From the NCBI GenBank assembly GCA_036172245.1, contig JAYWIR010000048.1:620001-684000 (forward strand): a stretch of DNA of 64,000 bases. The letters run 5' to 3'. The stretch comes from Raillietiella orientalis (Eukaryota). The position numbers were made by a program, and so were the translations under genes. This document shows, piece after piece, positions 13,400 through 26,949 of this stretch (positions are counted from its first letter, which is position 1; each line of letters opens with the position of its first letter). The notes under the pieces were generated by a model. That model searched no databases, was not told the origin of the DNA, and was given only the letters and a program-made list of their open reading frames with translations.

Positions 13400-14095
13400 G
13401 CCACAGAATGCGGCTGCATTGCCGCATTAAGAAAATGATTGGAAGATTTAGCAGCAGGAACCACGAGCACTGGAAGCACCAGGCAACCAATGCATTGCGT
13501 CTGATCAACAGAGCCAACATCCGTGAGGAAATGAAGGACACCAACGAAGACGACGCACCGGGCAAGACCGCCAACAGCTACGGGATCCGCAACATGAACC
13601 AGCTATCGGTTGGCAACCATATGGAGGAGCGATCTGCCACCGGATACCCACGATGACCTCCTGATGTACTACCACGGGGGCACTCTGACTGGTTACTCAC
13701 CGAAACACAGGACAGACGGCAGCGAAGACGAACTCTGCAAGACCTGCGGATATAGCGAAACCCAGCTCCACATTTTCACCTGCCCGACATTGATTCAGGC
13801 TTGGGCAAAGCTGAAGGCGGTGACTGACCTTCAGGAGAAGACAAAGCTCTCCAGCTTTGTCTTCTCTCTTGGCAGGGACGAGATGGGAACATTCCCGGAT
13901 ACAATAATACGGTTCGCACCACCATCGCCCTCTTCATCACGAGCATCGCGATATGAAGGGCAACGATGCGGAGCGATAGTGCCTGCCATGGCCATGGTCC
14001 AAGGAGTCATCCAGGGAGAATTTTCTCACCTGGTCACGTCGGGTCATTTATTTTATATAAAAAAAAACCAGTTGGGGACGCAGTTCCCAGCTTAG
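13400..14095 (+). mobile_element. 3' fragment of non-LTR ORF2 (zf-RVT), a distinct L1/Tx1-like family
   Basis: ORF 13610-14095 reads IWRSDLPP...YHGGTLTG...CKTCGYSETQLHIFTCP...AW, a canonical zf-RVT CxxC...ET.xH...C. Confidence 0.8.
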
Positions 14096-14599
14096 GGTAA
14101 AAGGAGCTCAAGGGGAGGACCTACTGACACGTAAGCTAGGAAAGTCCAAGTGCAAGGGGTCATCAAGAGGGAAATAGGGATCAAGAACTGCAGCAGAGCA
14201 CCCTCCCGGACTTTTCACTATACCTTGAAGAAGAGGCGGATGTGGTCCGAGTAAATGGACTACCCACCGGGTGTTAGTGCCCCCTCCACCGACGGAGGAG
14301 GCTTTCTTTTGGAAAGTGAGCGAAGAAAGTGACCCCTTGTCACTTGAAGTGTTGCATGCAGGAACACCCGATGAAGTGTCTGCAGAATGCGTCATTGTAA
14401 TTTTTACTCGAAAGTTGCGATAAATTCACCTCTCCGCAGGTCGGACTGGACACCATCCGGTTCTTTTGTCCAGCGAATCGGAGCATCAGTTGATTATTTC
14501 GTGCTCAGAATGTGGAAGAACGAGTCAATCCTTTAATTGGTATGAGGTGCTGCTAATAGCTTAGGTCCGCTGATCCCCGATGACCCGTAAAGTCCCGGC

Positions 14600-16200
14600 A
14601 ACGCGTGTCGGAAGCAGTGTTCATGGTGACTAATCAAATCACCAAGGTCAAAGCTTATTTCTGGACCAAAAAAAAAGAAAAAAGGCCTTCAAGTTGCTTG
14701 GGCACCGCTCCAAACATCCACAGCACACATCTTCGTCCTGTAGCATACTGCGAATCTCCCTTGATAGGAAAGTGATGTTCTCTGTTTTGGAACCTCTTCG
14801 GAGCCTGATCGGGAGATGCTGGACAAACTTCCGGCGATGTGCGAAAGCGTCGAAAGCGACACGCACTTTTTGGCTGTCGCCACCACAGATTGCCGCCATT
14901 TACCAGCAGCTGCGTGTGCATGATTAACAGGAGAAAGACAACTAAGAAAGCATTCAAATACGCATAGGATTTATCCTTGTTATTATCCCGAATGCAGTCA
15001 AACTTTGTTTGCATCTCTTTCTCGGAAGAACCGTCTCTCCATCGACGCGTAGTAATGAGGAAACCTTTAGGTAAAAAATTTGCTTGGTGAAATGACCGAT
15101 CGATGTCATCCGATCTGCAGTTATCCAAAGGAAGTAGCGACTCTGGCTGCAGAAGAGAACCGTGAGGACTTCCTGCTGGCGGTCCCTTCTAATGAGGGAG
15201 GGTCAGCAAGCTGAAAAAGTTCCAAATGTACGTCCAGGAGCAAGAGATTGGCAAGCCTGTCTGCTTAAAGGGATGTCCCTACTTTTCCTTCACGCGTGAA
15301 GCGACTAAGAAATTTGTAGCTGCTCCATTTGGCAGAGCAGCTGCCGTAAGTTTGCTTCCCCCGTTGAAAGAATAAGGTGATTGACGAGTGAGTTCGATAA
15401 GAGATGGGAAAATGGATGAATCGACAGGAACATTTCTAAAGTCTTCAGGAATTCAGTGGAATTTCATCCAGATGAATTTTCCCAGGTTATTAGATTTTTC
15501 GTAAATAGTACTTGGAATCGTTTCAGCGTGAGAGTTTTAAGCGCATTCTGACTAATCTGCCGACTGATGATTCCCAACAAATGACTTCCTTCTTTGAAGA
15601 ATGCTTGATCCAGAGGGCAAGAAAGCCATCGGGTTCCTCCAGGAAGGGATCTCAGGCAGAAGGAAAACGAATATCTAAAGTTGGGAGCTGTTGCTGCATG
15701 CAGAAATGGATAACGGAAACTGAAGTCATTGCATGTGCGGGAGAACACTTGGGATCGGAGGCGACATCCCAATTTTAATCCCACACAGCAATTGCCGGGA
15801 AGGGAATCAAATCCTACACAAGATGTCAAAATGCTAAGTGATGGAGCAGTTGAAAATCTATGCCGGCCGAGCGGACCCTATCTTCCGCCGTCCAGGAGTT
15901 TGAGCGCGTTCTGGGAATCCCAGCAAATTTTGCAAAAGCACGTGGGGGAGATAAACGGAAGAAAGCGCCTTTTATGAAGCTGAATTTCAGATGAAGATGA
16001 TCTTCGATGGCCTTGATTTTGATATCAACAAATTACTAGGGTAACCTGCAAGCAAAAGAGTTACTGAGCGCCTGAAAATTGACACTGAGACAAATCCGCT
16101 CCTCATTACATCGAAACGCTCAAAGCGAGTGGAAATAAGGAGAGCGAGTGTACAGAGACATGTACAGAAAGGGTGCAAAGAGCTACCTCTGGTTCAAAAG
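14600..16200 (-). mobile_element. Highly degenerate non-LTR RT-region relic
   Basis: Scattered decayed motifs on the minus strand (GIISRQ, HPFSHLL, PSLIRR, RYFLW) in RT-to-C-terminal order. Weak. Confidence 0.3.
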
Positions 16201-17299
16201 TAGAGAATCATAAATACAGCCCTGGGAATCTCGCGTTGGAAATCCTGTTTCCGAGTGCTTCCCAGACTTGCTTCCGTTCTTCGGGACGTCAACACCGTTC
16301 CTTGCGACTCCTGTGCTGAGCAAATCCCGAGCAAGACGGCATCCGGTTTCTTCATGCCGTTTCGCAGCCTTCACAACCGAGTGACTTCCGCAAGCATTCC
16401 CGGTGCGTTCATCAAAGGAGGAGCGCTTACAACACTGAAGAGTTGCATTTCTCGTTGATTCAGCCAAAATGTTTGTGTAGGCTATCCGCAGATTTACATT
16501 TGGAAAGGATGGCATTGCGGTTTGTGGTTTCACATGTGGTAATTTCACAGACACTCTTCGTGAGAAGCGTTAGGACCGGAAACACTATCCAGTTTCGTTC
16601 TCAAGAATCCCTAAACACATGCATCTCCATGTCGCTTTTCTGCGTAGTCACCATTCTTACTGCTGCTTGCCATCCAGCACCGACGGCGTGGGATGCTGAG
16701 ATCAGCAACGGTCCTTCTCCTTCACGACAGCGCGCGCCTTGACAACACGTGCTGTCTGTCCCCACGTCCCAGGCATTTCCAGACAATTCGAATGGGAACT
16801 TTTTCATCACCCTGTCCTGACCGCGTGCCCGATGGCCACCACGTCTCCCTTCCTGCACCTCTAGAAGTGGCTCAACCATCCGAAGGGAGGGAGCGAGGAG
16901 GAGCTGAAAACCGCAGTGCTGCTGAGCTGACCGAACCCCCAGGCGGCGCAATTTTACGAAGAGGGCTTCAAAAAGCTTCTTCCAAGGGTATCAAAAGTGT
17001 TTGGAAAAAAAATGAAATGGGGACATATGTGTTTTTCTAACCACCAATGCATTTTCGATCCTCTTTTCCATTCTTTCTCTATATCCGATGGACTCTTTTG
17101 AAATGCTCCTGGTACATTGGTTTGTACGAATGCAACCATCAGAAGCAATTTGCGCAGCGTTGTTTTCCACGAGTCCCGTTAGCCTTTGGAAAGCGTGCCG
17201 TATTACTCCGCATGCTTTCTTCTTATCATTTCTTTGGTGATCCGAAAGAAGAAAAAAAGGAAGTGTGAAAACGTGGCTTTCCTGGTTAAGACTGTTTCC

Positions 17300-19200
17300 A
17301 GGGAAAACGGAAGTCCCGTACTAAAAACTTATCCGTTTCGTCTCTGTGATGTGATGGCGCCATTCTGCCGCGATTCGAGTCCTGGATTTGCCACTCCGGT
17401 TCACTCTCCAGAAAAGACCTTGTCGGCCATCCAGCGTCGTATGACCCGGGGAACCCTCTGCTCCGTAGGAAAGCGCAAAAGTGGCAAACGTGGCTCTTGT
17501 TTGAATTCTTTAGGAACGATTCTCCGGGAAGACCTGGCTGTTTTCGTTGTATCGGTCCAGTTTTCCCATTTCTCCTGCTTCCCTCATATTCCAGTGGACT
17601 CGAAACTCATCTGTGCTTCAGCATGCAGTGACCTGATTTCCGCAATTGACGCAACTGGTTCAGTCAAAGGAGGGAATCCTCAGTATGCGAGTTTCAACCC
17701 TTAGGAAGCTTTGATGGCTCAGTTTCACCCAATAGGGATTGACCTTTTTTCCGGTTTCGCCTTGGCGTGTGTTATTTCACAATTGAGAAATTTCTTGCAC
17801 AAGACTGTACTTCGTTCTGTCATTCCTGAAAATATGGAAATTTGTTAGTAGTGGCGAGCCACTTTTTCCAATCGAGGACTTCAGTGCGAACCGGACGGTC
17901 ACCTGATGGGAACCGGTCCTTCATGCCCGTCTTCTTGTCTAACAAATTCAAATTGGAATGGGAATTCGTTAGATTTCAGGAAAGCCTCCGTGGTAGAATT
18001 TTTATTATCTTTCCATAATGAAACTCGCCGCTATTAGCTTCCTTCTAAACTACGCGTGGATAGAAAAGCCTGTCAGACAACACACGGAGCCGCCCTTCCC
18101 CCTTTGAAAGTGCTGATTTCCATTACACTCCCTATCTAAATGGAATCCAAGATGAAGAATCCGTTTGTTTTCAATGTCCTCTGAACCCGACTTTGGATGT
18201 GCAGGCTTGGCTTTCCTATAGATCTACCGAAATCCCGACTCTTTGGAAAGATGAGAAAAAGATGAAAAGATTCCGTCGAAGAGTTTCCTCCTCTGACAAG
18301 TCAGAGGAGTCATCTAGTTAGCCAATGCGATGGTGTATATTCAAGTAGCTGTCCTGTGGACCAACCTCACCGCAGGAAACTTCGTAAATTTCTGAAGCTT
18401 TCTGGAATATACTATGCGTTTGCCATTTCCTCTTATGGAAAGGCCCCACCTCATGGGAATTCCACGAGATGATGTGAAAAGTGCTCTCGTTTGGAGCTTC
18501 GTAACCTAAAAATCACTTCTTGGACGACTTGATGGTTCTGCCGGGAGTCTGTGCCAAAGCGAAATCTTCTTCGGAATGTTGATGCCATACTTCAAATGAT
18601 GAAAAACGAGAAGGGTAGTTGGGTGATTGAATGCTCCCGTGCAGGCAGGAGCACGAAGTCGGAACGAATCAGAGGACACATAAGAAGAGCATTTTTTCAT
18701 TATTTTGGATAGCAGCTTCCATCGGTTCTTGTTCTCGGAATAAGCTGCAAAGAGGAGCTTTCCAGCGAATGAATGAGCTTTCGTGTGGTCCAGCGGAGTC
18801 TCCAGAACTCACTGGTTCCGGTCGCGGAATTCTGCTTCCAAATTTCAGGTTTTCGCAGCTCCTTTCCGAGGACCGCGACGGAGCCCATGCCAAAGGAAAC
18901 AACCGTAAAACTTTGCGTCCGCACACCCCGAAATCCTGGCTCTCCCGGTCCTCTTTGCCTACCTGCCATCCTGCTCAAGGGAATCACAGTTCCCAGAGGG
19001 GAACAGCGTCGCCGCGATGTTCCAGACAGAAGCGCAAATAATTTACCGTGACGCAAGGAACTTCCGTGGTCGCACGGATGCTGCTCGGAACTCTGTTCCT
19101 TGCGTGAACCCTCGGGGAAAATGATGGACACCTTGTCGCAATGCCTCCTTTGCGAGACCTCACTTTGCGAACGCGCACACCATCTTACTTCTTCCTGGTA
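17300..19200 (-). mobile_element. Highly degenerate non-LTR RT relic
   Basis: GPGEPG (~18950) and TGAFNHPTTLLVFHHLKYG (18506-18700) resemble the GPDG and D.xxAFxxVxHxxL...G RT motifs. Confidence 0.3.
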
Positions 19201-20199
19201 CAGTGTTCACGGTTGTGCTGGTTTCCCAAAACGTGTTCAGAGCGCACTTTAGAATGCAAACCCCGGAAATGAATGGCGGACTTTGCTGCATACCTTCTGA
19301 GAATTTATGGCTCCCGGTTGGCACTTCGATGGGCGACCACCTGACAGTCCGGGGTGCTGTAAACTTGTTCCGGTAAAATGCTTTGAAACTCTCCCATATT
19401 GACCCAATGCTCAGCTTGAAAAGCTTACACGTGCAACAGCCCCCTTTCCTGGATGCATCTCAATATCCTCCATGGCAAATGTAATGAAATTTACCATTTA
19501 CCTCTTTGCTATGATGAATTGCAAGTTTTTTTCCATCATTCATTTGAGCAGCCCCGTCTTATTTCTCAGAAGATTCATCAGAAACTGATAATAAAAATAC
19601 AAATGCAAATTATTCCGCCTTTTTTTTCTCAATGAGAAGTGTTTATGTGAATCACTAGATTTCCGACCTACGAGTACATTGTGCTGCATACGTTCACTTG
19701 AAATAGTGGAATTCATTCCAAGTGCTAAGTGAACCAATTCGAACTCATTAAAGCAGTGAAGTCTCATTGCTTTCATCATTTCCGAGCCGAAAAGGGATTT
19801 ATTAATTGCGTGAAATCCGGCTTTTTCGTCCCCACTTTTATAAGAACTGTATATTTCTTGCTTTTGGACCCGTTTCCAATCTGGAGTTGAAAACCACGGC
19901 AACCGAAGGGTGACGCAAACAAGTGCGATCGTTTACGCAAAGTTCCCAAGTACCTCGTTTTCTAATGGAGGATAGGAAAAGGAAGGTAATGAGATTTCAT
20001 TGCTTAAATTTACAATTTAACATCGCGTTACAGAGGGAGAAGAGCCTCTCACATTCTTCCGAGATTCCTTATCTGTCCATCTGGGGGGCTCGCTGCCCTT
20101 CATTCTGCTGCTTCCTCAGCATCTTACGCTCCGTCTCGAGAGGGCCGAGCGCTGAGATTTTCCGGATGTACCTGCGTTTCGGTCTCTCGTGTTGTACCT

Positions 20200-21320
20200 A
20201 CCGTGGTGCGGGCTGCGTAGATGCCCCTGGGGCTCCGAATGCACGAAACCACGATCCGGTGCCTCATCCTCTCCGAGTGCTAGGAGCTCCAAGATCATGC
20301 CGCACTTCCTGGTTATCTGGGTCCCAGGCTCCCAGCAGGCCAACGATGAGGACATACGCCTGGCATTGCTTTCCTTCCCTGCTTAGCTAGAGAGCTACTT
20401 CTTTATATGTTTCCAGTTTATGCCTCCTAGCTGTGATGAACGCCTCTTTTCCACCCTCCAATGGGACAGCAGATGTCCACCACTGTTGCTCGATTTTCTT
20501 TCTTCGGTACCAGGTCTGATCGCAAGAGGGATTTCGTTCCTGGAGCTCTCTGGTTGCTTGGTAGCTTTCATCAGTTGGCGTTAAAGTAATGAGGTTCGTT
20601 TAAAATAATGAGGTTTCATATTTGCATTGATTTCATCACCGGCGTTTTATACTGAGGCTTACAGCCTCTTTGAGAGAGGAGGAACTGATACGACCGGCAG
20701 ACAATTGCGAAATCAAGAACAGCTGAACGACAAATGCGTTCGAAATCCCGCCTGCTACAAGTCCCAGGTCCATTTCTCAATGGGTCACCCTGCACAGTGA
20801 GCTGGTTTCCATGGAATTCTCTCGGATTCCACCAGCGTGACGACAAGGTCCTCGACACGTGACGTTGGGCTCTGCCTCGCCTCGGTAAAGGCCAGGAAAA
20901 GTTCCATTTCCGTTCATGGAGGCAATGAGCTGCTCAAACCGTGATGTCCTTGCAGAGAATGCTGGCAGCGTGCTTCGCATGTCCGAGGTCTTAGGATGTG
21001 GAGCGTCCACAGCACATTTCCCACTCTTCGTTATCCTCCAGTGCGCTGTTGCAGCATGCAACTACATTTGTCGCGTCCAGCAGCAGCACGAGCCTCTGGA
21101 GAAACGGCTTTTGCCTAACATTCATCTTTAGCAATTCCGTTTCGGCGACACGGCAAAGGCAGTCCTTCATGCATTCTGAATGTCCTAAATAGCTTTAACG
21201 CAAGAAGAGCGGCTCCAACTCTCCACATCTTCATAGGAGATGAAAAACAACATGATTGCAACGGTGTGTCTCCTGAGCCCTGTTTCGGACGCTCTCGGAC
21301 CAAATAGTCAAGGCAGAAAA
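20200..21320 (-). mobile_element. NeSL/Utopia-type (R2 group) non-LTR retrotransposon 3' fragment: RT remnant plus restriction-like endonuclease (REL)
   Basis: Minus 20560-20280 reads LRSDLV...ATVVDICCP/EGGKEAFITARRHKLETYKEVA...YVLIVGLLGAWDPDNQEV..DLG, the REL PD..D...KxxKY...IVG.LG.W motif. RT-like KQGSGDTPLQSCCF at 21115-21303. Confidence 0.8.
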
Positions 21321-21399
21321 CCGAGACATCTGCATCTCGTGCTGGAGCACAGCAGCGAAGACTCCTCGGTTCACTTGGATGAAAAAGGTTCCCCTCGCA

Positions 21400-21920
21400 A
21401 GATTTGCCAATGCAATATCTGCGATATTTCAGGTTTGCGCCAAAATAAAATACGGAATTATTGTCAATAAGAAAGGATTAACTGTGAATTGTATATTGAT
21501 GAGATCACTCTGTAGATTCACAACATTCGGCAGAGTTCTAAAAAGGGAGGGAAGCTACAATAAAAGATCAGCATCTTCCATACTAGCAAGAAACGACCAA
21601 TCGAACGGCTTGTCAGGGACCTTGCTGGGAAATCTAAGGACCCCATTGCAGCTCTTATGCTTCCCAAAATTATCACGCGCACGTTTTCCAGGAAAATCGA
21701 ATCCCAAAACGAATAGATTTCCAATTCAATTACAGGGGATTTTTGCCGATTTAACAGCCCGAGTACAAACGGGAAACCTTCAAGCAATCGTTCTGCAAGG
21801 GTACGTTTAGAACGTTCCCGAACGAAGGAAGGATTGTCTCTCCCGGAATGTTTCCTTGATTTTAAAATAAATGGGGAGGGGAAGGTAGATTCACTAGATG
21901 ATCCAAAGATCGTAATTTCT
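21400..21920 (-). mobile_element. Possible piggyBac-like transposase relic
   Basis: Decayed TFRERQSF, PARSLTS and FLIDNNSVF occur in piggyBac order (TMSRxRF...PxKP...DNxF). Weak. Confidence 0.25.
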
Positions 21921-23299
21921 GGAACTAGGGAGCGATCTCACCTAAAGTGCGCCGTTCTTCGAGAGTATTCGACACGGGCAAGCCGTCCAAATGCTTCACT
22001 GAAACCACCAGAGGGACTCCTTTCCCCATGGAGAGGTCGGAACTCAGTCGGGAGAAATCAGGTGAGCCCGTAAGGTAAAGCGAATACGATCCAAGAGATG
22101 AAAACAAGGCGCCGTTGCGAAGGCTGGAAAGATTTTCCGACTGGCCGTCACATGCAACATTTTCCGACAGAGTGGCCTCTAACGAAGAAGAACGATTACC
22201 GGAACACTACTGGAGGCTAGTCTAGAAGACGATTCCTGGCGATCACTGGGGATCTCCAAAATCGGTTCCAGGCTGGAGGATGCGGGCTTCTTGCTGCAGC
22301 GACTGCCGAGGGTCCCACACCGGCAATCCGGCAGAGTTTCGAATTATTCTGGTGCTTTTTTCCAGAGTTCCTCTCCAGTGCCATCCGGCTGCTCTTTCTA
22401 TCCCCAGCTCCATCGACGGCGAACTTCCTTGCGACGGGAAGCATCAGATGTGTTTCTCACATTCCTTACACCAGATGCAGTGGTCCTTTGTTTCCGGGAA
22501 CGTCCACCGCCCCGTGCTTTCGAAATTCAAGCGGAAGCTGACGGTGATTGGCTTTAAGCCCCACTTAGTAGAAGGTTCATCTCCATGAGCGGCGGGATGA
22601 AAACAGGAGACACCCCGCACGGAGGGGATTTGCACACCTCGGCGACAGTCCTCGTGCAACGTGGCACATCAGCGTCGTACGACGCTGTGGATGAATCTCC
22701 ATTTTGTGGTTTGGTTTCGGCCCAGTTTTCAGTTCAGTTTTGCCACACGGAATCCAATTGGATTGGATTCCATTTCGTTCCGAGTTCCGGGAACACAATA
22801 GCGTGATGGGATGCATTTTTCAACAAGCAACGGGAAGGATAAATCGATACCTCTGGGATCGTTTACATTTAATAAAAACCAAAAAAGACGCAAAGCCCTT
22901 TTTTTTTTTTCCCACTTAAAGTTAATAAGTAAACACCTCGAACTTTTTTCTTTTGCTTCAAAGTGAAATGAATATTCTGCTACCGTCACGTTTGAAATAC
23001 CTCCCATATCTTTTGCAAATACTACTAGCAAATGCTATAGTATTCGCGTAGAGTCATCGATATAGCGCAGATTCGTACAACGCGGAACGTACCTTCCGCG
23101 TTATACAGGAGGTACTTTGGTGGCATCGCAATGTTCGGATTCGTCTGTAGGTGCACATCTTACTGTTTGCGTCGAAAGGCAAAGTTCCAAGGATTCCTTC
23201 TTGAAAGATTTCTCGCCGAGGTTGTCTTCAAACTTTGAAGAGAAGACTGGAGGTGCTTTTGTTCTCTTCTTGCGTGGAAGCAAGTCCAAACAGCCATAG

Positions 23300-26200
23300 T
23301 CCCACTCGACAGCGCCCTTCTAATGCACTTTTGGAATCTTCCAAATCGCCATGGTTGCCAGAAGACCCACTGCTCTGATCTGCGAGATTACTGCGAACTC
23401 GGAATCCAGTGCCCTCGAAAATGCTCCGCTCGCTACATATTTGGCCAACCGAAGCAAGGCGGAGGACAAATAACGGTATATCTTCTTCCCACCGATGGTG
23501 GATCGCAAAAAGGACGAATCTGATCATATGCAGATAAGATACGGAAAGACTGCCAAGATATGCTCCAGACCTAAGAGGGTTCACAAAGGGAACTCGCGGA
23601 ACATTTCGAAAAAGATACACCACCACCATCATGTTTGTTTGTTGCTTGCAGATAAAATTGGAAATTTGGAATTCCCCTGGAAAAGAGGTGCCGGAAGGCT
23701 TTATTGCTCACAAAGGCAAAACGCATTTTACCTTGTACGAGGTTGTGTTCCAACTGCTGCGTGCTTCCCGTTCGGACGCATGGAAATACATCATTCGTCT
23801 CTACGGAAACAGTACATGGAGAGGAAAGTGAAAGGATCAGTTTGGTGAAGAAATCCATGAGAAGGAACACTGCAGACATTGTTCCAGAACGGGAAAATGG
23901 ATGGGGCAAGACTGAAGGATTCACAGTTCGATAACATGGCGCAATGTGCTTTGTGCTCGAAGCACTGTACTCCAATCAGCTGATCCCCGCTGACTTCAAA
24001 AAGAGAAGCGTTCCTTAGCTGGTACACATCCCATATTTGTAATACATTTCAGAAAGCAAGCAAATACACTGCAAGGAACCGACAGCCCACCGAAGCCAAG
24101 TCGTATGCCAGCCATCACAATGAAACACACGAAACAGCTTCGGAGGAGATCGGAACATTTCCATGGGAACCGCGGAAATCCGCTGAAAGGAGCAAGTTTC
24201 CTGAAATTTTCGCATGGCACTCGTATGCATTCCTGGATCAGTTTTCATTGCTACATAAAATCACTCAGTGATTGCCGTGCGGGAGTCAGCTTTATGGACC
24301 TTCGTTTTGCACGAGACTGGCTCGCATCTGTGGTACTGCTCTTTTAAGAAAAGAGCACCTTTCAAGAAACGGAGTAAATTGATTTTCACTCCACGCTCCT
24401 CATCTCAATACAGACTGATTAGCTCTCAAAAGGGAACAGCTCCTGGATTCCAACTCTCCTCCTTTCTGATTAGGAGTTATTTGGAAATGATGGCGCTGAA
24501 GTTATAATACATTAATGAAGTTGAAAACCATTGATTCTGAAACGTCTGCTTGCTTTTTCCGAAGTGGCCATCGTATGTAAGTAGATAACGTGTGTTAACA
24601 GGATATATTTCAACCGTGAAAAGATACACGGCAAAACGGGAGGGTAGTTCCTTCGTAACGAGCGAGAACGGCTTCCTTTGGAGCACTTTCCATCTCAAGA
24701 TCGAGTGCTTTCAATGTTTTAATGACGTTAATTTTCGTTTCCCAGGGAAGCACAAAGCACTCGTACGTTCTCGTCGCAGTCCTCAATGCCTTTTAGTAGA
24801 CGGCGTTTTTGCCTGTGCTCACTCCATCGATGAGGCCGTCAGTAATGGGCAACAGTTTTGAAACGAAATTTAGACGTCTCCTCCCTCCATCTCTGAAACG
24901 AGGCTTCCACGCTCGTTGCCTACAGCAACCCACCAGCACCGTGCAAAAAACCCCTGTCTTCATTCCAAAATCAGTTCTGAGCTTTCCGTCGTCCACTTGT
25001 TCTTTTTTTTTTTTTTTTATCTCTCTCTCTTGAAATTGCCCTTTGAACCTCCTGTGTTCAGCTTCAGAACACCCACACTATTCTTTGCTATTGGCGACGG
25101 ACCTCAGCATCCGCAGTGCTGCCATTCGCTTTGTTCCACATACCATGGTTACGTGCTGATGGTCATCTCGAGCTGCTTCTAGGCTGGCTGCCTTCCATGA
25201 GGGTTGCCACGAGAAAGTATGGGCATCGATAGCATAGTGATGAATAGCGTCTACGAAACAATCTTCTAGGGATCCCAATTTTGGGGCAGACTGAACTCGG
25301 TCATCCTTCAGTTGCAATCTACTTTTGGATGAAAATTGTCGTCATGTGAACAGAACACCTCTGCCTTATCAGTTTCCTCGACGGACGTGAAACCGAACGG
25401 CCACGTTCACAGTGTAAGCATTCCCTTGAAAATGATATGCACGAACGGAATGTTCAGTGTATGGCGAAGTGGCAGGGGAATATCTTCCGCCCTTGGTTCA
25501 GTATTTCATCGGAATACATTCCGACATAAATTCTTCCTCCTTGGCATTTTCTTTACTACCCGTGTTTAGAGGTGATGGAGGAGTTGGAATCCTCAGTTGG
25601 GCGATGGTTCAGTCAGCCTGGAAACTTTGCATCTGCATCCGGCGAGCACAAAGCTTCTGTTCACATGCCGACAATTTTCTCCCCCCTTCAGAAACGCGCG
25701 GCTGAAGATCGAATCTGCTGCGCTCATCGACGGACTTCTGCCGTCTTCACGGATGAAGACGTCAAGTGGGATTCAGTTGCAGAAATGGCTGCTGTGTCTC
25801 CTCTTCAGGTGAGACGTCGGCAGGATCGCCTATCTCTTAGGCGGTCACATCCTGACATACACCTCTTGCTGCTTCTGGTGCGAAGAAAACAGAGTGGACC
25901 GGCGACTTCCGGAGGGGCGATTTCAATACACATTACAAAACATGCGCCTTTCATCACTGTCGAAATCCTCCAAGCATCTTTACAAAGCAGAGCCATAAGA
26001 GTACAACTTTGCACGTCGTTGCTGTTGTTCGCTCGTTGCCAAGCATAGAAGTCGGGCGCGCCATGGTTCGCCGTGGATTTCTTCCTTTCCCAGCGAACAG
26101 AAGAGCCAGAAAGCGTGCTCGCCGCAGGCAAATCAAAAAACGGATCCTCGTGGTAACGGAAAAGAAAAAAAGCTCCAGGACAAACAAAAAGCAGTCGATA

Positions 26201-26400
26201 AAAATGGGAGTCCGGTGAGGCAGGCCGAAGTTTCCTGACAGTTCAGCACGTGTCTGCAGACCGAGTGCCCTTTGGAAGTTACCAGTACCAATTCTGCACG
26301 ATGCACGATCGTAAGGTACCAGTGCTCCTTTTTTTTCCCGCTTTGTTTCCCTGCATGCTTTGTACGCGTACGTGCCATTTGGACGCGGGTTCTAACCTCG
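23300..26400 (-). mobile_element. Degenerate hAT-superfamily transposase (DUF659-like catalytic region plus dimerization domain)
   Basis: SCTLMALLCKDAW...P...FLRT (25805-26131) resembles CTxMxDGW...FL. YRYLSSALLRLA and CSERSIFEGTG (23320-23508) resemble the hAT C-terminal dimerization motif. Cys/His-rich N-terminus near 26250-26350. Confidence 0.45.
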
Positions 26401-26949
26401 CAACTGTCAAGGGACTCCGATAAAAATGCTGCATGATCCGGAGTGTGTTCATTCGCTGAACTGCCATTCGTGCATTAATCACTTCGATACGGTAGGGAGT
26501 ACTGGGATGTAACCGGACGAGTCCTTGAAGGGCCGAGCAGCAGCCCTAGTAACACACAGTTTCCTTAACACACGACCCTAGCAACCCGCCCAGACACAAG
26601 TGATTCACGACTCAAGAAAGGTCAGCGTGAAAATTCCATGGAAACAACTCGCAAAAGCCGTGTTTGAACAAGAAGAAGAGGAAATGTGTAAAAAGAATTT
26701 TGTTTTTCCTTGTTTTTTTTTTTTTTTGCCTGCCGAAAGTTCTTACGCCTGCTGCGGTAGGGCCTCGTGCGAGTTCAGTTGGCATCTCTTCTTGAAACTC
26801 TAAAGTCCTGGGACAAAAATTCGAATAATCAGCTCGTGTGGGGATTCGAAAGGGGAACGAAAAGTCTTCCTTAAGTACTCTCAATGAGAAATTCGGGAAC
26901 TTTTTTTCCAAGGTTCAGTCAAAACTTCGAAATTCTCTCTCAGCCCTGG

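Noticed and set aside
22200..22660. DHCIWCKECEKHI as a BED zinc finger
   Set aside because: Plausible DNA-transposon relic, but the His pair and downstream motifs are too decayed to support a call.
26133..26378. MARTRTKHAGKQSGKK resembles the histone H3 N-terminus
   Set aside because: No histone fold follows. It lies at the N-terminal end of the hAT relic and is probably chance.
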